Assembly: GCA_051294375.1 (NCBI GenBank)
Contig: CM119270.1
Location: 13,357,954-13,380,834 of the forward strand
DNA from: Paraspadella gotoi
Taxonomy: Eukaryota > Animalia > Chaetognatha
Direction: 5' to 3'
DNA length: 22,881 nucleotides
The position numbers and the translations under genes are program-made. Positions within the stretch are counted from its first letter, which is position 1, and the number at the start of each line of letters is the position of its first letter. Shown here one piece after another: positions 9,755 through 20,454 of this stretch. The notes under the pieces are model-generated. The model saw only the letters and a program-made list of their open reading frames with translations, had not been told where the DNA came from and ran no database searches.

Positions 9755-11422
9755 TAGTTTTGTTGTTTGTTAGTAAAGAAATTATCATTGTAACGTCCTT
9801 TGAAATTACAGTTCGAAGTACCTAATTGACGAGAATTGATTGACCTTCGCGTTACGTCTTCACACTCTAAGTTATACGGTCTAATATCACAACAAACCAA
9901 ACGTAGCCGCATACTCTTTCTTAACTCTACTCGAGACGACCACACACCAAAACTCTCGCCAAAACACAATGCGGATAAAAAAACGTATTTTATTCCAAGT
10001 AGGGAAAAATAAAAAATGGAAAGAGACAAGAAGACAAGTAAGGGAACTAAAGAATGAAATGAACTTAATGTAACAAAGGTTTTAACGGATTGAAAGTTAA
10101 TGACTCCATAGAAAAATTACTTTTTCCGGTCTTCACGATTCCGCCTCAACACTTTCCTTTTTTTCGCCTCTTTTTTAAAACAGTGTAAAGCTCTCTCGCA
10201 CTGAAGCGAAAAAGGTTTCTCGCGTCAATGGAATCTTAACCACAGGTTTAAAGTTCCATCTCGTGAAAGGACGTCTGTAATAAAGAAACGAAGAAAGTAC
10301 GCAATTTCTGACCTGAAGCGACGAAGATGTTCAAACCACGCGGCATTATCGAACGACACTGTACTCTCGACCAGCGCGAAACCAGATTATTTATATACCC
10401 CCCATGGCGGTATATCGCGCGAAATCGAAAAAAAAACTTGTATAGAACGATCGTCGACTTTGAATGTTTTGTTGTTCGTTGTTAGATTGTCGTTGTTGTT
10501 GTCGTCAAGTTACTCCTCACCGTTCTCGTTCGATACGCATGCATTGAGAACGAAGTTACATCAAAAAAACGGTTACGGTTCGACGGCTAAACAATATTAA
10601 ACAGGATTAGATTTTTAAAAATGTAACGAAAATTTTGTTAAAATGCGATTTGTATCGGCCGAGAGACGAAAATACGGAAAAGGCTTAGAAACTTTTTCCT
10701 TTTTTTTTTTGCGATCTTAATAGGATCAATGGTGCAAAATTTAGTGAAGAAAATTCAAAACCAAGCCTTAAATTCTAGAGTGTTAGTAGTTCCTATATAA
10801 TTACATTTTTGGAAAGTTTCAGGCAAAGCGTAGTAACCTTGTTTCTTCAATTTTTTAAAACCTATCAACTATGACATTCGAGGATAAGAATGGAAACTGT
10901 GGACGGGTCGGACGGTCAATTTTTCATGTCTATGGTAGAGTTAGCACGTCTTTGAGTATTAACTGGTATAATCTATATCTAAGTATAGTAGATATAGAAT
11001 TTTATTTGAAAATGTTAAAAGTTTTGCTTATTTTTGCTAAATCTTTTGACAATAGCTGATACAACAAGGCAAAGAAATAGCATAGCTTATATCATCTTAT
11101 TGATTAACTATGTACTGTGGAGAAAAAAAGCAGAACCCCGACCAACACAGTTTATTTCTTCCCTGAACAAAAAAGGTAGATAGGGTGTTGAGCAGTAACT
11201 ACGCCAAAAGCAGCGTAATTTCGGGCACAGGTGGGGCGGTTTACTACCCTGCCAGCCCGTGTTTTAATAGTCACGCTTTAACAGTCTAGACCGCTAAAAA
11301 AAAGGGACTTTCTCCTCTCTCGGCCTCTATCGCAAAAAAAGAAACAAGGAGGCGCCACGTAACGGGTTGTTTTCTTGGGCGTGGGGGGAACTGGGGCCGG
11401 TGGACCGATAACGGTAGCGCCA

Positions 11423-11437
11423 CCGGAAGTCACGTGA
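11423..11437 (+). promoter_or_regulatory. Overlapping ETS-type (CCGGAAGT) and E-box/CLEAR-like (GTCACGTGA) motif at the edge of a GC-rich island
   Basis: Sequence CCGGAAGTCACGTGA; motif match only. Confidence 0.35.
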
Positions 11438-11567
11438 GCAGGGGAATCGACGTAGAGGTGGGCAGAGTGGGTGCAGGAGGCGAAGTAAAGGAACCGCTGC
11501 CGGCTCCGCCCAGTGTTGGCCGCGCGGGCCTGCAGAGGTGTTCTCGATTTTGGCGGAGAGGAGCGTA

Positions 11568-11788
11568 CGGAGAGGGCGGAAGAGGAGCAGCGTGGGGGAA
11601 GAGGTGGACGAGACGCTGGATGGGAGCGAAGGGAAAGGTAGAGCTGCGGCTCCGGCGTCGGGGTCTCGCGTCGTCCTCCTATCTGGTTCCCCGCTCACTT
11701 CGGGGAGGGCCCAGCTCTATCTTTCCCTTCGCCCATCCCGCGTCTCGTCCACTCTCTCCCCCACGCTGCTCTCTTGCCGCCCTCTCCG
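11568..11788. repeat. Local inverted repeat (hairpin), ~82 bp arms with a ~55 nt loop
   Basis: 11568-11650 (CGGAGAGGGCGGAAGAGGAGCAGCGTGGGGG...GGGAAAGGTAGAGCTG) is the near reverse complement of 11707-11788 (...CAGCTCTATCTTTCCC...CCCCCACGCTGCTCTCTTGCCGCCCTCTCCG). Confidence 0.85.
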
Positions 11789-11809
11789 CTCCCATTCCTC
11801 CTTCCTTAC

Positions 11810-11834
11810 NNNNNNNNNNNNNNNNNNNNNNNNN
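11810..11834. other. Assembly gap, 25 N
   Basis: Run of N. Confidence 0.99.
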
Positions 11835-11875
11835 CAAGCCCTGTCCATTCGGAGGTAAGGCTAGGCTTTGGCTGC

Positions 11876-13024
11876 GTCTCTGTCTCTCTCTCTCTCTCTC
11901 CTCTTCTTCTCTCTCCAGTCCTCCTCTCTCTCTCTCTCTCTCTACTGCTCTCTCTCTCTCCTCTCTCTCAATCTCTCTCTCTCTTCTTTCTCTCTGCGAC
12001 TCATGCTTTCGTTTCTCGAGTCAGAATATACATACATCAGGAGATTGGCAATGATTCATCAACTAATTTTTTCTGCTATTTTTTTTATAATAATACTCTC
12101 CTCTCAACTCTTCTCTCTCTCTCCTATCCTCTCCTCTCTCTCTCTCTCTCTCCTCTCTCTCTCATCTATCTCTCTCTTCTCTATCTCATCTTTAATGTGA
12201 TTGCCAAAGAAAAAAAAATATATACGTTCGGCTTTTTTTTCTCATTTCCTTGCATTTCCGTGTTCGGGCTTTTTTTTGTTGCTTTCAAAGCACCTTGCTT
12301 TTTCTTACCTTATCTTTGGTGGTTCCACTTATTTTCAACTCATCTCTCCTCCTTTACTTTTCTTAAATTAGGCTATTCTCCTCCTCGTTCTCTACCCAGC
12401 ATTCGTCTCTCTTCTCCTCCTCCTCTCACCTAAGAGTAATTCTCATCTCCTCTCTCTTCCTCTCTCTCTCTCTCTTCTCTTTTCCCTTCCTCCCTCGTCT
12501 CTCTCTTGTTCTGCCTTTCCCCTTCTTACTCTCCTCCTCTGCTCTCCTCTTATCCGTACGCCACTCTCGTCCTCTCTCGCGTCTCCTCTCTCCGCGTTTC
12601 CTCTCCCTCGATCCGCCTCCTGCTCCGTCTCCTCTCTATCTTCACTCTCCTCCCTCTTCCCTGCTCCTCTCCCTCTCTCCCTCGGTTCTCTCCCTCTCTC
12701 CTCTCCCCACTCCTCAGCCGTTGCTCTCTCATCCACCTCCCTTCAGTCGGTCTCTCTCTCTCTCTGTTCTCTCCTCTCCTCTCCTCCACTCCTCCTCTTC
12801 CACTCTCTCCTCTTCACACTCTCGCCTCTATCTCTCTTCTTCTTCGTTCTTTTTCTCCCTTCTCTCGTGCTTCTCAAGTCCTCTCTTTCTCGTTTTCGTT
12901 CGTCGCTTCCTCGTCCTTCTCTTACGCTTCTCTCTCCTTCTCGTCTTCCTTGCTCGCCTCATTTTCCTCTCCTCTCCTCTCATCTCCTCTTTTCGCTCCT
13001 CTTCTTCTCCTCTCTCTCCTCTCT
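11876..13024. repeat. Degenerate (CT)n-rich low-complexity spacer of the palindrome
   Basis: Interrupted CT dinucleotide tracts with short AT-rich unique pieces (~12000-12095, ~12190-12375). Confidence 0.85.
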
Positions 13025-13071
13025 CTTCGCTCCTGCACCCACTCTGCCCACCTCTACGTCGATTCCCCTGC

Positions 13072-13086
13072 TCACGTGACTTCCGG
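13072..13086 (-). promoter_or_regulatory. Mirror copy of the ETS/E-box composite motif in the right arm
   Basis: TCACGTGACTTCCGG is the exact reverse complement of 11423-11437. Confidence 0.3.
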
Positions 13087-14928
13087 TGGCGCTACCGTTA
13101 TCGGTGCCACCGCCCCAGTTCCCCCCACGCCCAAGAAACAACCCGTACGTGGCGCTCCTTTTGTTTTTCATTTTTTTCGCGATAGAGGGCCGAGAGAGAG
13201 AATGTCCCCTTTTTTTTTTAGCGGTCTAGACTGTTAAACGTGACTATAAAAACACGGGCTGGCAGGTAGTAAACCGCCCCACCTGTGCCCGAAATTACGC
13301 TGTTTGGCGTAGTTACCTGCTCAACACCCTATCTACCTTTTTTTCAAGGGAGAAATAACTGTGTTGGTCGGTTCTGGCTGTTTTTTTCTCCAACAGTACA
13401 TAGTTAATCAATAAAGATGATATAAGCTATGTATTTCTTTGCCTGTGTATCAGCTTGTCAAAAATTAGCAAAAAAATTAGCAAGAACTTTTAACATTTCA
13501 AATAAAATTTTACTACTCTACTATATAGATATACCAGCTTAATACTCAAAGACGTGCATAACTCTACCATAGACATGAAAAATGACCGTCCGACCGTCCA
13601 CAGTTCATTTCTTATCCTCAATTCATAGTGATAGGTGTAAAAAAAAATTGAAGAAAACAAAGTACATACGCTTTGCCTGAAAACTTTCAAAAATTTTAAA
13701 TATATAGAAACTACTACACTCTAGAATTTAGAGGCGTGTTTGATTTTTTCTTTCCACTAATTTTGCACCATTGATCCTTATAAAGATCGCAAAAAAAAAA
13801 AAAAAGAGAAAAATTCTAAGCCTTTTTTTTCGTATTTTCTCTCTCGGCCCGAATATCAGAGTACGCATTTTAACAAATTTTCGTTACATTTTTAAAAAAA
13901 TCTTAATCCTGTTTATATGTAGCCGTCGAACCGTAACCGTTTTTTTGATGTAACTTCGTTCTCAATGCATGCGTATCGAAGAGAACAGTGTGGAGTAACT
14001 TGACGACAACAACAACGACAATCGTAACAACAACAACAAACATTTCAAAGTCGATCGTATAACAAGTTTTTTTTTCGAATTCGCGCGATATACCGCCATG
14101 GGGTATATAAATAATCGGTTCGCGCTGTACGAAGTACATCGTTTCGAGTAGATCGCGCTTTTAACCATCTTCGTCGCTTCAGTCAGAATCTGCGGTACTT
14201 TCTCGTTTCTTTATACAGACGAATACCTTTTTCACGAGATGGAACTTAAACACTGTGGTTAAGATTCCATTTACCGAAAACTTTTTCGCTCAGTGCGAAA
14301 AGCTTTTCACCTGTTTAAAAAAAAACGAAAAAAGAAAGTTTAACGGAATCTTGAACCCGGAAAAGTAATTTTGTATCGGGTCATTAACTTTTCAATCCGT
14401 CAAAACCTTTGTTAACATAAGTCATTTCATTTCTTTAGTTCCCTTACTTGTCTTCTTGTCTCTTTCCATTTTTTATTTCCCTACTTTGGAATAAAATACG
14501 TTTTTTTATCCGTCATTTTTGTTAAATTTGTGTGTCTCTCGTTTAAATAAAAAGTTATCGCGTACTTTTTTTATATTAACCTATAACTTAAGTTAAACTA
14601 CAAGGTCAATCGATCTCGTCAATTAGGTACATCGAACTGTAATTTCAAAGACGTTACAATGTAATTTCTTTACTAACAAAAAATCGTTTTTTTTTCTACA
14701 ATTACATAAAAAGTTCTGGATGTTCGGTTCGGACAAGAAACGCAGCAGCAGCGTTCGCTCCGTTGACCGAGAGGCTCTATCTCCGCAGCACGAAGCCGCG
14801 GAGCAGCGCGACCCTCCTATCCTGCAGCGGAGACTCTCCAGCGCTTCAATCTTCAAGTTCTTCGACGTAAAAGGAATTTGATAAAATTGGATTTCCGTAT
14901 TCTGGTTGCAGTGGTCAAATTCATTTTT

Positions 14929-15179
14929 NNNNNNNNNNNNNNNNNNNNNNNNNNNNNNNNNNNNNNNNNNNNNNNNNNNNNNNNNNNNNNNNNNNNNNNN
15001 NNNNNNNNNNNNNNNNNNNNNNNNNNNNNNNNNNNNNNNNNNNNNNNNNNNNNNNNNNNNNNNNNNNNNNNNNNNNNNNNNNNNNNNNNNNNNNNNNNNN
15101 NNNNNNNNNNNNNNNNNNNNNNNNNNNNNNNNNNNNNNNNNNNNNNNNNNNNNNNNNNNNNNNNNNNNNNNNNNNNNNN
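14929..15179. other. Assembly gap, 251 N
   Basis: Run of N. Confidence 0.99.
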
Positions 15180-15639
15180 ATCATGTTTTTTCATACGCAA
15201 CGTTGTTCCATTTGTTGTGGCAATGGTTTTGAAGTTTGCGGTGCAATTGTGGCCCAAGTGTTTTCTTTTTTTTTAACTCTTTGTTACGACCTTGTGCGAG
15301 AAAAATAAAAATCGATGTAAACACCTTGTCGTTTCAAACAATAAATATAACGAAACAAAGGAAATGTAGTTGCAGGACTTTTTTTTTTCCACTTGTCCTT
15401 GACCTCATGCTTTCTAAATTCCGACGTTTTTTTCGTTTCTAGAACTTTTTGGCTTTAGTTTTTAAGTGACAAAATTGTTTCTCGCATTTTTCCATCTTTT
15501 TTTATCGTTTTTAATTTCTATTTTTTAAGCTTAAATTTAACTTTTTCATCGTCTAACCGAAGAACTTGCCTGTGGATTTTTTTTTTCCTTCGGGAATTTT
15601 AAATTTACAGACTGAAGAAAATTGGATAGGTTTCTTTCT

Positions 15640-15671
<32 letters not shown>

Positions 15672-17074
15672 TCTCTCTCATCTCTCTCTCCTCTCTCCTC
15701 TCTCTCTCTCACTCTCTCCACTCTATATTGTTCTCGGAAATAAAAAGGGGAAAAGAAGTAAAAAGGAAATGACAGTTTTTTTGTTTTTTTTAACTTTTCT
15801 TTATTTTCTCTTTATTCTCTTTCCCTTTTTTATTTGATACTGTGTTTTCTCTCTCTTGTTTTATATTCTTCCCCTTTTTTCTGTTTTGTTTTTGTTTTTT
15901 TCCCGTGAAAACAAAATCTTCAAATATTTTCTTTTACAGGATTCATGTTTAAGCGTCACCGACCGACAGATTTGACCTACGAATTGATTTGAAACGAAAC
16001 GCTGGAGACTCCACTCGACCTCTCTCGGTCTGCTTCTCTCTCTCTCTCGTCTCGATCTCTCTGCCTCTCGGCGTCTCTCTGCTGCTCTCTCTATTCTCTC
16101 TCGCTCTTCATCTTCAAGTCTTCATCATCTAACCCTCCTTTGAATTTCCTCTTTTCTAAGAAATTCAATTCCGCCATTAGTAGCACGAAACCGATTTCTT
16201 GATTAAATGTGGTCTCTCGATCTCTCTCTCTCGATCCTTTTCTCTTCTTCTCTCCCTCATGCTCTCTTATCCTCTTGGCTCCATCTTCTCTCTTTCTTCT
16301 TCCTCCCTTCTCATCTCTCCTCGTCTCTCTCTCATTCTTCTCCTTCTCTCTTCTCTTCTACTTCTCTCTCTGCCAGTCTCTTCTTTTTTTCCGAGCCGGT
16401 CTTTTGCGGATTTTTTCGAGGGCCCACGAACATGATCCGAATTTAGAACGAATCTCAATCTGTAAATCAGAGGTTTTAAAACTATTAAGCTATACGTACG
16501 ATTATCTCTTGTTATCGTATTAATTAATTCAATTATAAGATAAAACCGGAAGAGAGAAAAAAGGAAGAACAGAAGAAGAAAAAGAGAGAACAGAAGAACG
16601 AAAATAGAGAACAGAAGAACGAAAAGATAAAAGGGAATTAAAAAAAAAAGAGAAAACCAAAAATCGACTGAAAGAGAGAAAGATTAAGTGAAGAATAAGC
16701 ACGGAGGAGAAAGAGGCAGGAAGAGGAAAAGGGAAGGAAGGAAGACGGAAGGAAAAAGATAAAAAAGGAGGAAGAGACGAGGAGAAAAAAAACCGATTGA
16801 AATTCCTGGCTTCTCCGAGTTCGTTCCAACTTTGGCCATAAACCTAATTCATTCTTGGGGCGAAGAGAGACCGAGGGGAAAAAAAGGGTCAGTCGGTCTG
16901 TCTTTGTGGTTTCCCGTTGGGGGAGGCCAATCTGGCAGGAGTTGACTATGGGCGAGGCCATGGACGGTGGACAAGGCCAACAAAGCTTAAGACTTAAGAC
17001 TTAAGAGGCAGGGCTAAATGCGCTTTCACGGGGAGCTAGGCTAGAGGACCAGGGCAAGGCTAATAATGGCCAAG

Positions 17075-17379
17075 NNNNNNNNNNNNNNNNNNNNNNNNNN
17101 NNNNNNNNNNNNNNNNNNNNNNNNNNNNNNNNNNNNNNNNNNNNNNNNNNNNNNNNNNNNNNNNNNNNNNNNNNNNNNNNNNNNNNNNNNNNNNNNNNNN
17201 NNNNNNNNNNNNNNNNNNNNNNNNNNNNNNNNNNNNNNNNNNNNNNNNNNNNNNNNNNNNNNNNNNNNNNNNNNNNNNNNNNNNNNNNNNNNNNNNNNNN
17301 NNNNNNNNNNNNNNNNNNNNNNNNNNNNNNNNNNNNNNNNNNNNNNNNNNNNNNNNNNNNNNNNNNNNNNNNNNNNNNN
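17075..17379. other. Assembly gap, 305 N
   Basis: Run of N abutting an (AG)n tract. Confidence 0.99.

Positions 17380-17412
<33 letters not shown>
17380..17412. repeat. (AG)n microsatellite
   Basis: Perfect AG run. Confidence 0.95.
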
Positions 17413-17413
<1 letters not shown>

Positions 17414-17663
17414 GAATCACTTTCTGTTGTGACTTGTGAATGCGGCAAAGATCTTAAGAGAGTCGACAATAAATGCGGGTTACATCCATGCGTGCACATT
17501 TACACGAAGCACTTTCATGATGGATACACGCTTGGCCAAAAAATATTTACGAACTTCTGTGATTAACAAACGATCACGTTAACTTACAATCAAAACCACA
17601 CATGTTTTCACACACATGTGACGAAAAGAGTTGCACGTGGATAATACGAAAAAACTTGAACGA

Positions 17664-17674
17664 GCGCATGCGCA
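17664..17674. promoter_or_regulatory. NRF-1/Ewg-type palindromic motif GCGCATGCGCA
   Basis: Motif match; an E-box CACGTG lies nearby at 17634-17639. Confidence 0.25.
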
Positions 17675-17809
17675 GAAAGAAGAAGTTGGAAATAAACAAA
17701 TTCAACAAATTAGTTTTTGATGCGATCGAATTTTTCACTCAGATAAACAGTCGAGAATTAATTCATCCGAGTTTCTTTTATCTACGTTTTTGCAGTTTTT
17801 CTTCAATTT

Positions 17810-17810
<1 letters not shown>

Positions 17811-17865
<55 letters not shown>

Positions 17866-17880
17866 TCCTTCTTTCTTTCC
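17811..17880. repeat. (CTTT)n microsatellite
   Basis: Near-perfect tetranucleotide run. Confidence 0.95.
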
Positions 17881-17911
17881 TTTTTTTATTCACATGCGTC
17901 GTCGCTGCTGA

Positions 17912-17923
17912 TGACGTCACGTG
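17912..17923. promoter_or_regulatory. Overlapping CRE (TGACGTCA) and E-box (CACGTG)
   Basis: TGACGTCACGTG; motif match only. Confidence 0.25.
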
Positions 17924-18086
17924 TTCACAACTGATAAATGGATCAGCGAGGTTCTCATTCATGTTAATCAAACGAAAAAAAAAGTCACAAAAGTCTGAGT
18001 CACTTTCGTTTGTGAAAATCAAAAAAATTTTTACGACGAATGAAAAAGGCGATCATTATGGAGAAGAAGAAGACGATGATTTTGAA

Positions 18087-18142
18087 GATGATGATGATGA
18101 TTCTGAGGAGGAGGAGGAGGAGGAGGAGGAGGAGGAAGGGGG

Positions 18143-18194
<52 letters not shown>
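18087..18194. repeat. Compound trinucleotide microsatellite (GAT)n-(GAG)n-(GAT)n
   Basis: GAG run 18105-18134 and GAT run 18144-18194, both pure single-triplet repeats. Confidence 0.95.
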
Positions 18195-18196
<2 letters not shown>

Positions 18197-18757
18197 CTAT
18201 AACCAAGACGACGACGACAAAGATAACGTAAAAAGTGAAAGTCGAACTCTTCCCATAATTCGGTCATCCTAACATTTCGCAACGACATTCCCCCTCAAGA
18301 AGCCGAGTCGCCCAAAGGCTCAATTCTTTCGTCGCCATCTTTAATCGAGTCTCGTCGAACGAAGCTTCTGCTTTTCGCTCTCTCTTTATCACTCGTGACC
18401 CATTACGACTCATTATCTTTCTTTTTTTCATCTCGAATTCTCGAGGCACTTTGACCTCCTTAGTCCCTATCGATTTCATCTCTTCGATGTCGAGTCTCCC
18501 GTCCATTTTCGTCATGTTCTTCTACTTTCCCAACGACGCCATCTTCGTTGTCCATCACTTTCTCCATGACTCCATAATTCTTACTCTTATCATTTTCATC
18601 CATGAGCCCACGATCTTCTTTCGTACATTCCATCATCCTTTCCCCCATCACTCTATAATCATTATCCATCACATTTTTCTCCATCCATCTTCTTCTCATT
18701 CATCACTCCATCATCCTTTCCCCATCACTTTATCCTCTACAACGCCTCACCTCGTCT

Positions 18758-19014
18758 NNNNNNNNNNNNNNNNNNNNNNNNNNNNNNNNNNNNNNNNNNN
18801 NNNNNNNNNNNNNNNNNNNNNNNNNNNNNNNNNNNNNNNNNNNNNNNNNNNNNNNNNNNNNNNNNNNNNNNNNNNNNNNNNNNNNNNNNNNNNNNNNNNN
18901 NNNNNNNNNNNNNNNNNNNNNNNNNNNNNNNNNNNNNNNNNNNNNNNNNNNNNNNNNNNNNNNNNNNNNNNNNNNNNNNNNNNNNNNNNNNNNNNNNNNN
19001 NNNNNNNNNNNNNN
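18758..19014. other. Assembly gap, 257 N
   Basis: Run of N. Confidence 0.99.
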
Positions 19015-19054
19015 CCGACGGACCGACGGACCGACGGACCGACGGACCGACGGA
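19015..19054. repeat. (CCGACGGA)n octamer tandem repeat, ~5 copies, truncated by the gap
   Basis: ccgacggaccgacggaccgacgga... Confidence 0.9.
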
Positions 19055-19160
19055 GCGGAAATCGCCCTCCGTTGCTTCGTCATTTCCGTCCTTATCTCTT
19101 TTTGCCGTCGGAAGTGTACGTCTAGGGTCTGTGGCTCTGTGCCTCTCTGTATCTCTCCAT

Positions 19161-19161
19161 T

Positions 19162-19192
<31 letters not shown>

Positions 19193-19471
19193 NNNNNNNN
19201 NNNNNNNNNNNNNNNNNNNNNNNNNNNNNNNNNNNNNNNNNNNNNNNNNNNNNNNNNNNNNNNNNNNNNNNNNNNNNNNNNNNNNNNNNNNNNNNNNNNN
19301 NNNNNNNNNNNNNNNNNNNNNNNNNNNNNNNNNNNNNNNNNNNNNNNNNNNNNNNNNNNNNNNNNNNNNNNNNNNNNNNNNNNNNNNNNNNNNNNNNNNN
19401 NNNNNNNNNNNNNNNNNNNNNNNNNNNNNNNNNNNNNNNNNNNNNNNNNNNNNNNNNNNNNNNNNNNNNNN

Positions 19472-19502
<31 letters not shown>
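19161..19502. repeat. (TTTC)n and (CT)n microsatellites flanking a 279-N gap (19193-19471)
   Basis: Repeat runs on both sides of the N tract. Confidence 0.9.
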
Positions 19503-19505
<3 letters not shown>

Positions 19506-19627
19506 TTCTTACACTTCCAACTGGCGGGATTATCTCGAGGGAAGGAGAGAATGAAACGGCGTTGTGCTCGACGTTGGTCCCAGCGAGAGGTTTTGTTGAT
19601 AAGCGAGAAATGATGAAGGTGGAACGG

Positions 19628-19815
19628 TTGGGGGGAAAGAGGAGTTGAGGAGAGAAAGAGAGGTTGAGGAGGGAAAGAGAGGTTAAGAAGGGAAAGAGAT
19701 GTTGAGGAGGGAAAGAGAAGTTGAGGAGGCGAAGAAAGGTTAAGGATGGAAAGAGAGGTTGAGGAGGAAAAGAGAGGTTTAGTCGGGAAAGAGAAGTTGA
19801 AAGGAATAGAAAGTT
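19628..19815. repeat. Purine-rich minisatellite, ~9-10 copies of a 19 bp unit (TTGAGGAGGGAAAGAGAGG)
   Basis: Consecutive units with substitutions, starting near 19645. Confidence 0.85.
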
Positions 19816-20366
19816 TAAGGAGTGAGAAATTTTTTTTTTTAATTTTAATTTTATAAGTTTTTTTTTGAAGTGGGAGAGATAGTTTTAAAAAAATCAAACA
19901 GTGATATGAAATTGTACAACCAATATATTAAAAAATTATTTATTCTTTTAATAAGCTATGGTCGTTTAAGGCCTCAATCAAACTAGTAGGCTAGGAAAGA
20001 TGAATAGAACAAGAGAGAAACTAAAGAAGGAAAAAAAAAGAAGGAAAGAGCACTTTCTGAGTTTCTCGCTGCCTCTCGGAGAAAAACTTTGTTGATAAAT
20101 GTAAATGGAAACCGACAATTCGTGGGTTCAATATCTTGTTGATGTTGTTGTCGTTGTCGTTGTTGTTCTCCTCGGCTTTTCTTTTTTTTTCTTTGTCTGT
20201 TTACCATCTCATTCCTTCTTGCTTTTTCACTTTCTGTAATTTATTTTCATTTTTCCTTTTTGGTTTTCTCCTTTGCTTTCTCTTTTTCTCTTTTCCTATG
20301 GTCTCCTTTTATTTTTTTTAATGTGTATACTGTATAGTATATACTATATACTGTATATAAACTATT

Positions 20367-20367
<1 letters not shown>

Positions 20368-20450
<83 letters not shown>
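20368..20450. repeat. (CT)n microsatellite
   Basis: Perfect CT run of ~83 nt. Confidence 0.97.

Positions 20451-20454
<4 letters not shown>

Larger units (their letters stand above)
7690..11485 (+). repeat. Left arm of a ~3.7 kb imperfect inverted repeat
   Basis: Collinear reverse-complement matches to the right arm, e.g. 11401-11485 vs 13025-13110, 11281-11335 vs 13180-13235, 10381-10430 vs 14075-14120, 10021-10064 vs 14421-14465, 9110-9140 vs 15545-15580, 7800-7939 vs 16443-16570. Confidence 0.9.
13025..16668 (-). repeat. Right arm of the imperfect inverted repeat (contains a 251-N gap)
   Basis: Reverse complement of 7690-11485 with frequent 1-3 nt indels; the outer boundary is approximate. 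Confidence 0.9.

Noticed and set aside
11774-13237. Leu/Ser-rich and Arg/Glu-rich ORFs
   Set aside because: Translations of (CT)n/(AG)n low-complexity DNA.
7690-16668. Autonomous DNA transposon or Polinton with long terminal inverted repeats
   Set aside because: No transposase, integrase or polymerase ORF in the spacer or arms, no TSD, and fuzzy outer ends.
17790-18272. Acidic poly-Asp/Glu protein
   Set aside because: Pure GAT and GAG microsatellites without synonymous variation or clear splice sites; the N-terminus is a CTTT repeat.
18264-18699. Minus-strand charged ORFs (83 aa and 79 aa)
   Set aside because: Short, derived from CAT/TC-rich low-complexity sequence, interrupted by stops, with no recognisable motif.
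14853-19897. ORFs containing long X runs
   Set aside because: They are open only because they cross N gaps.
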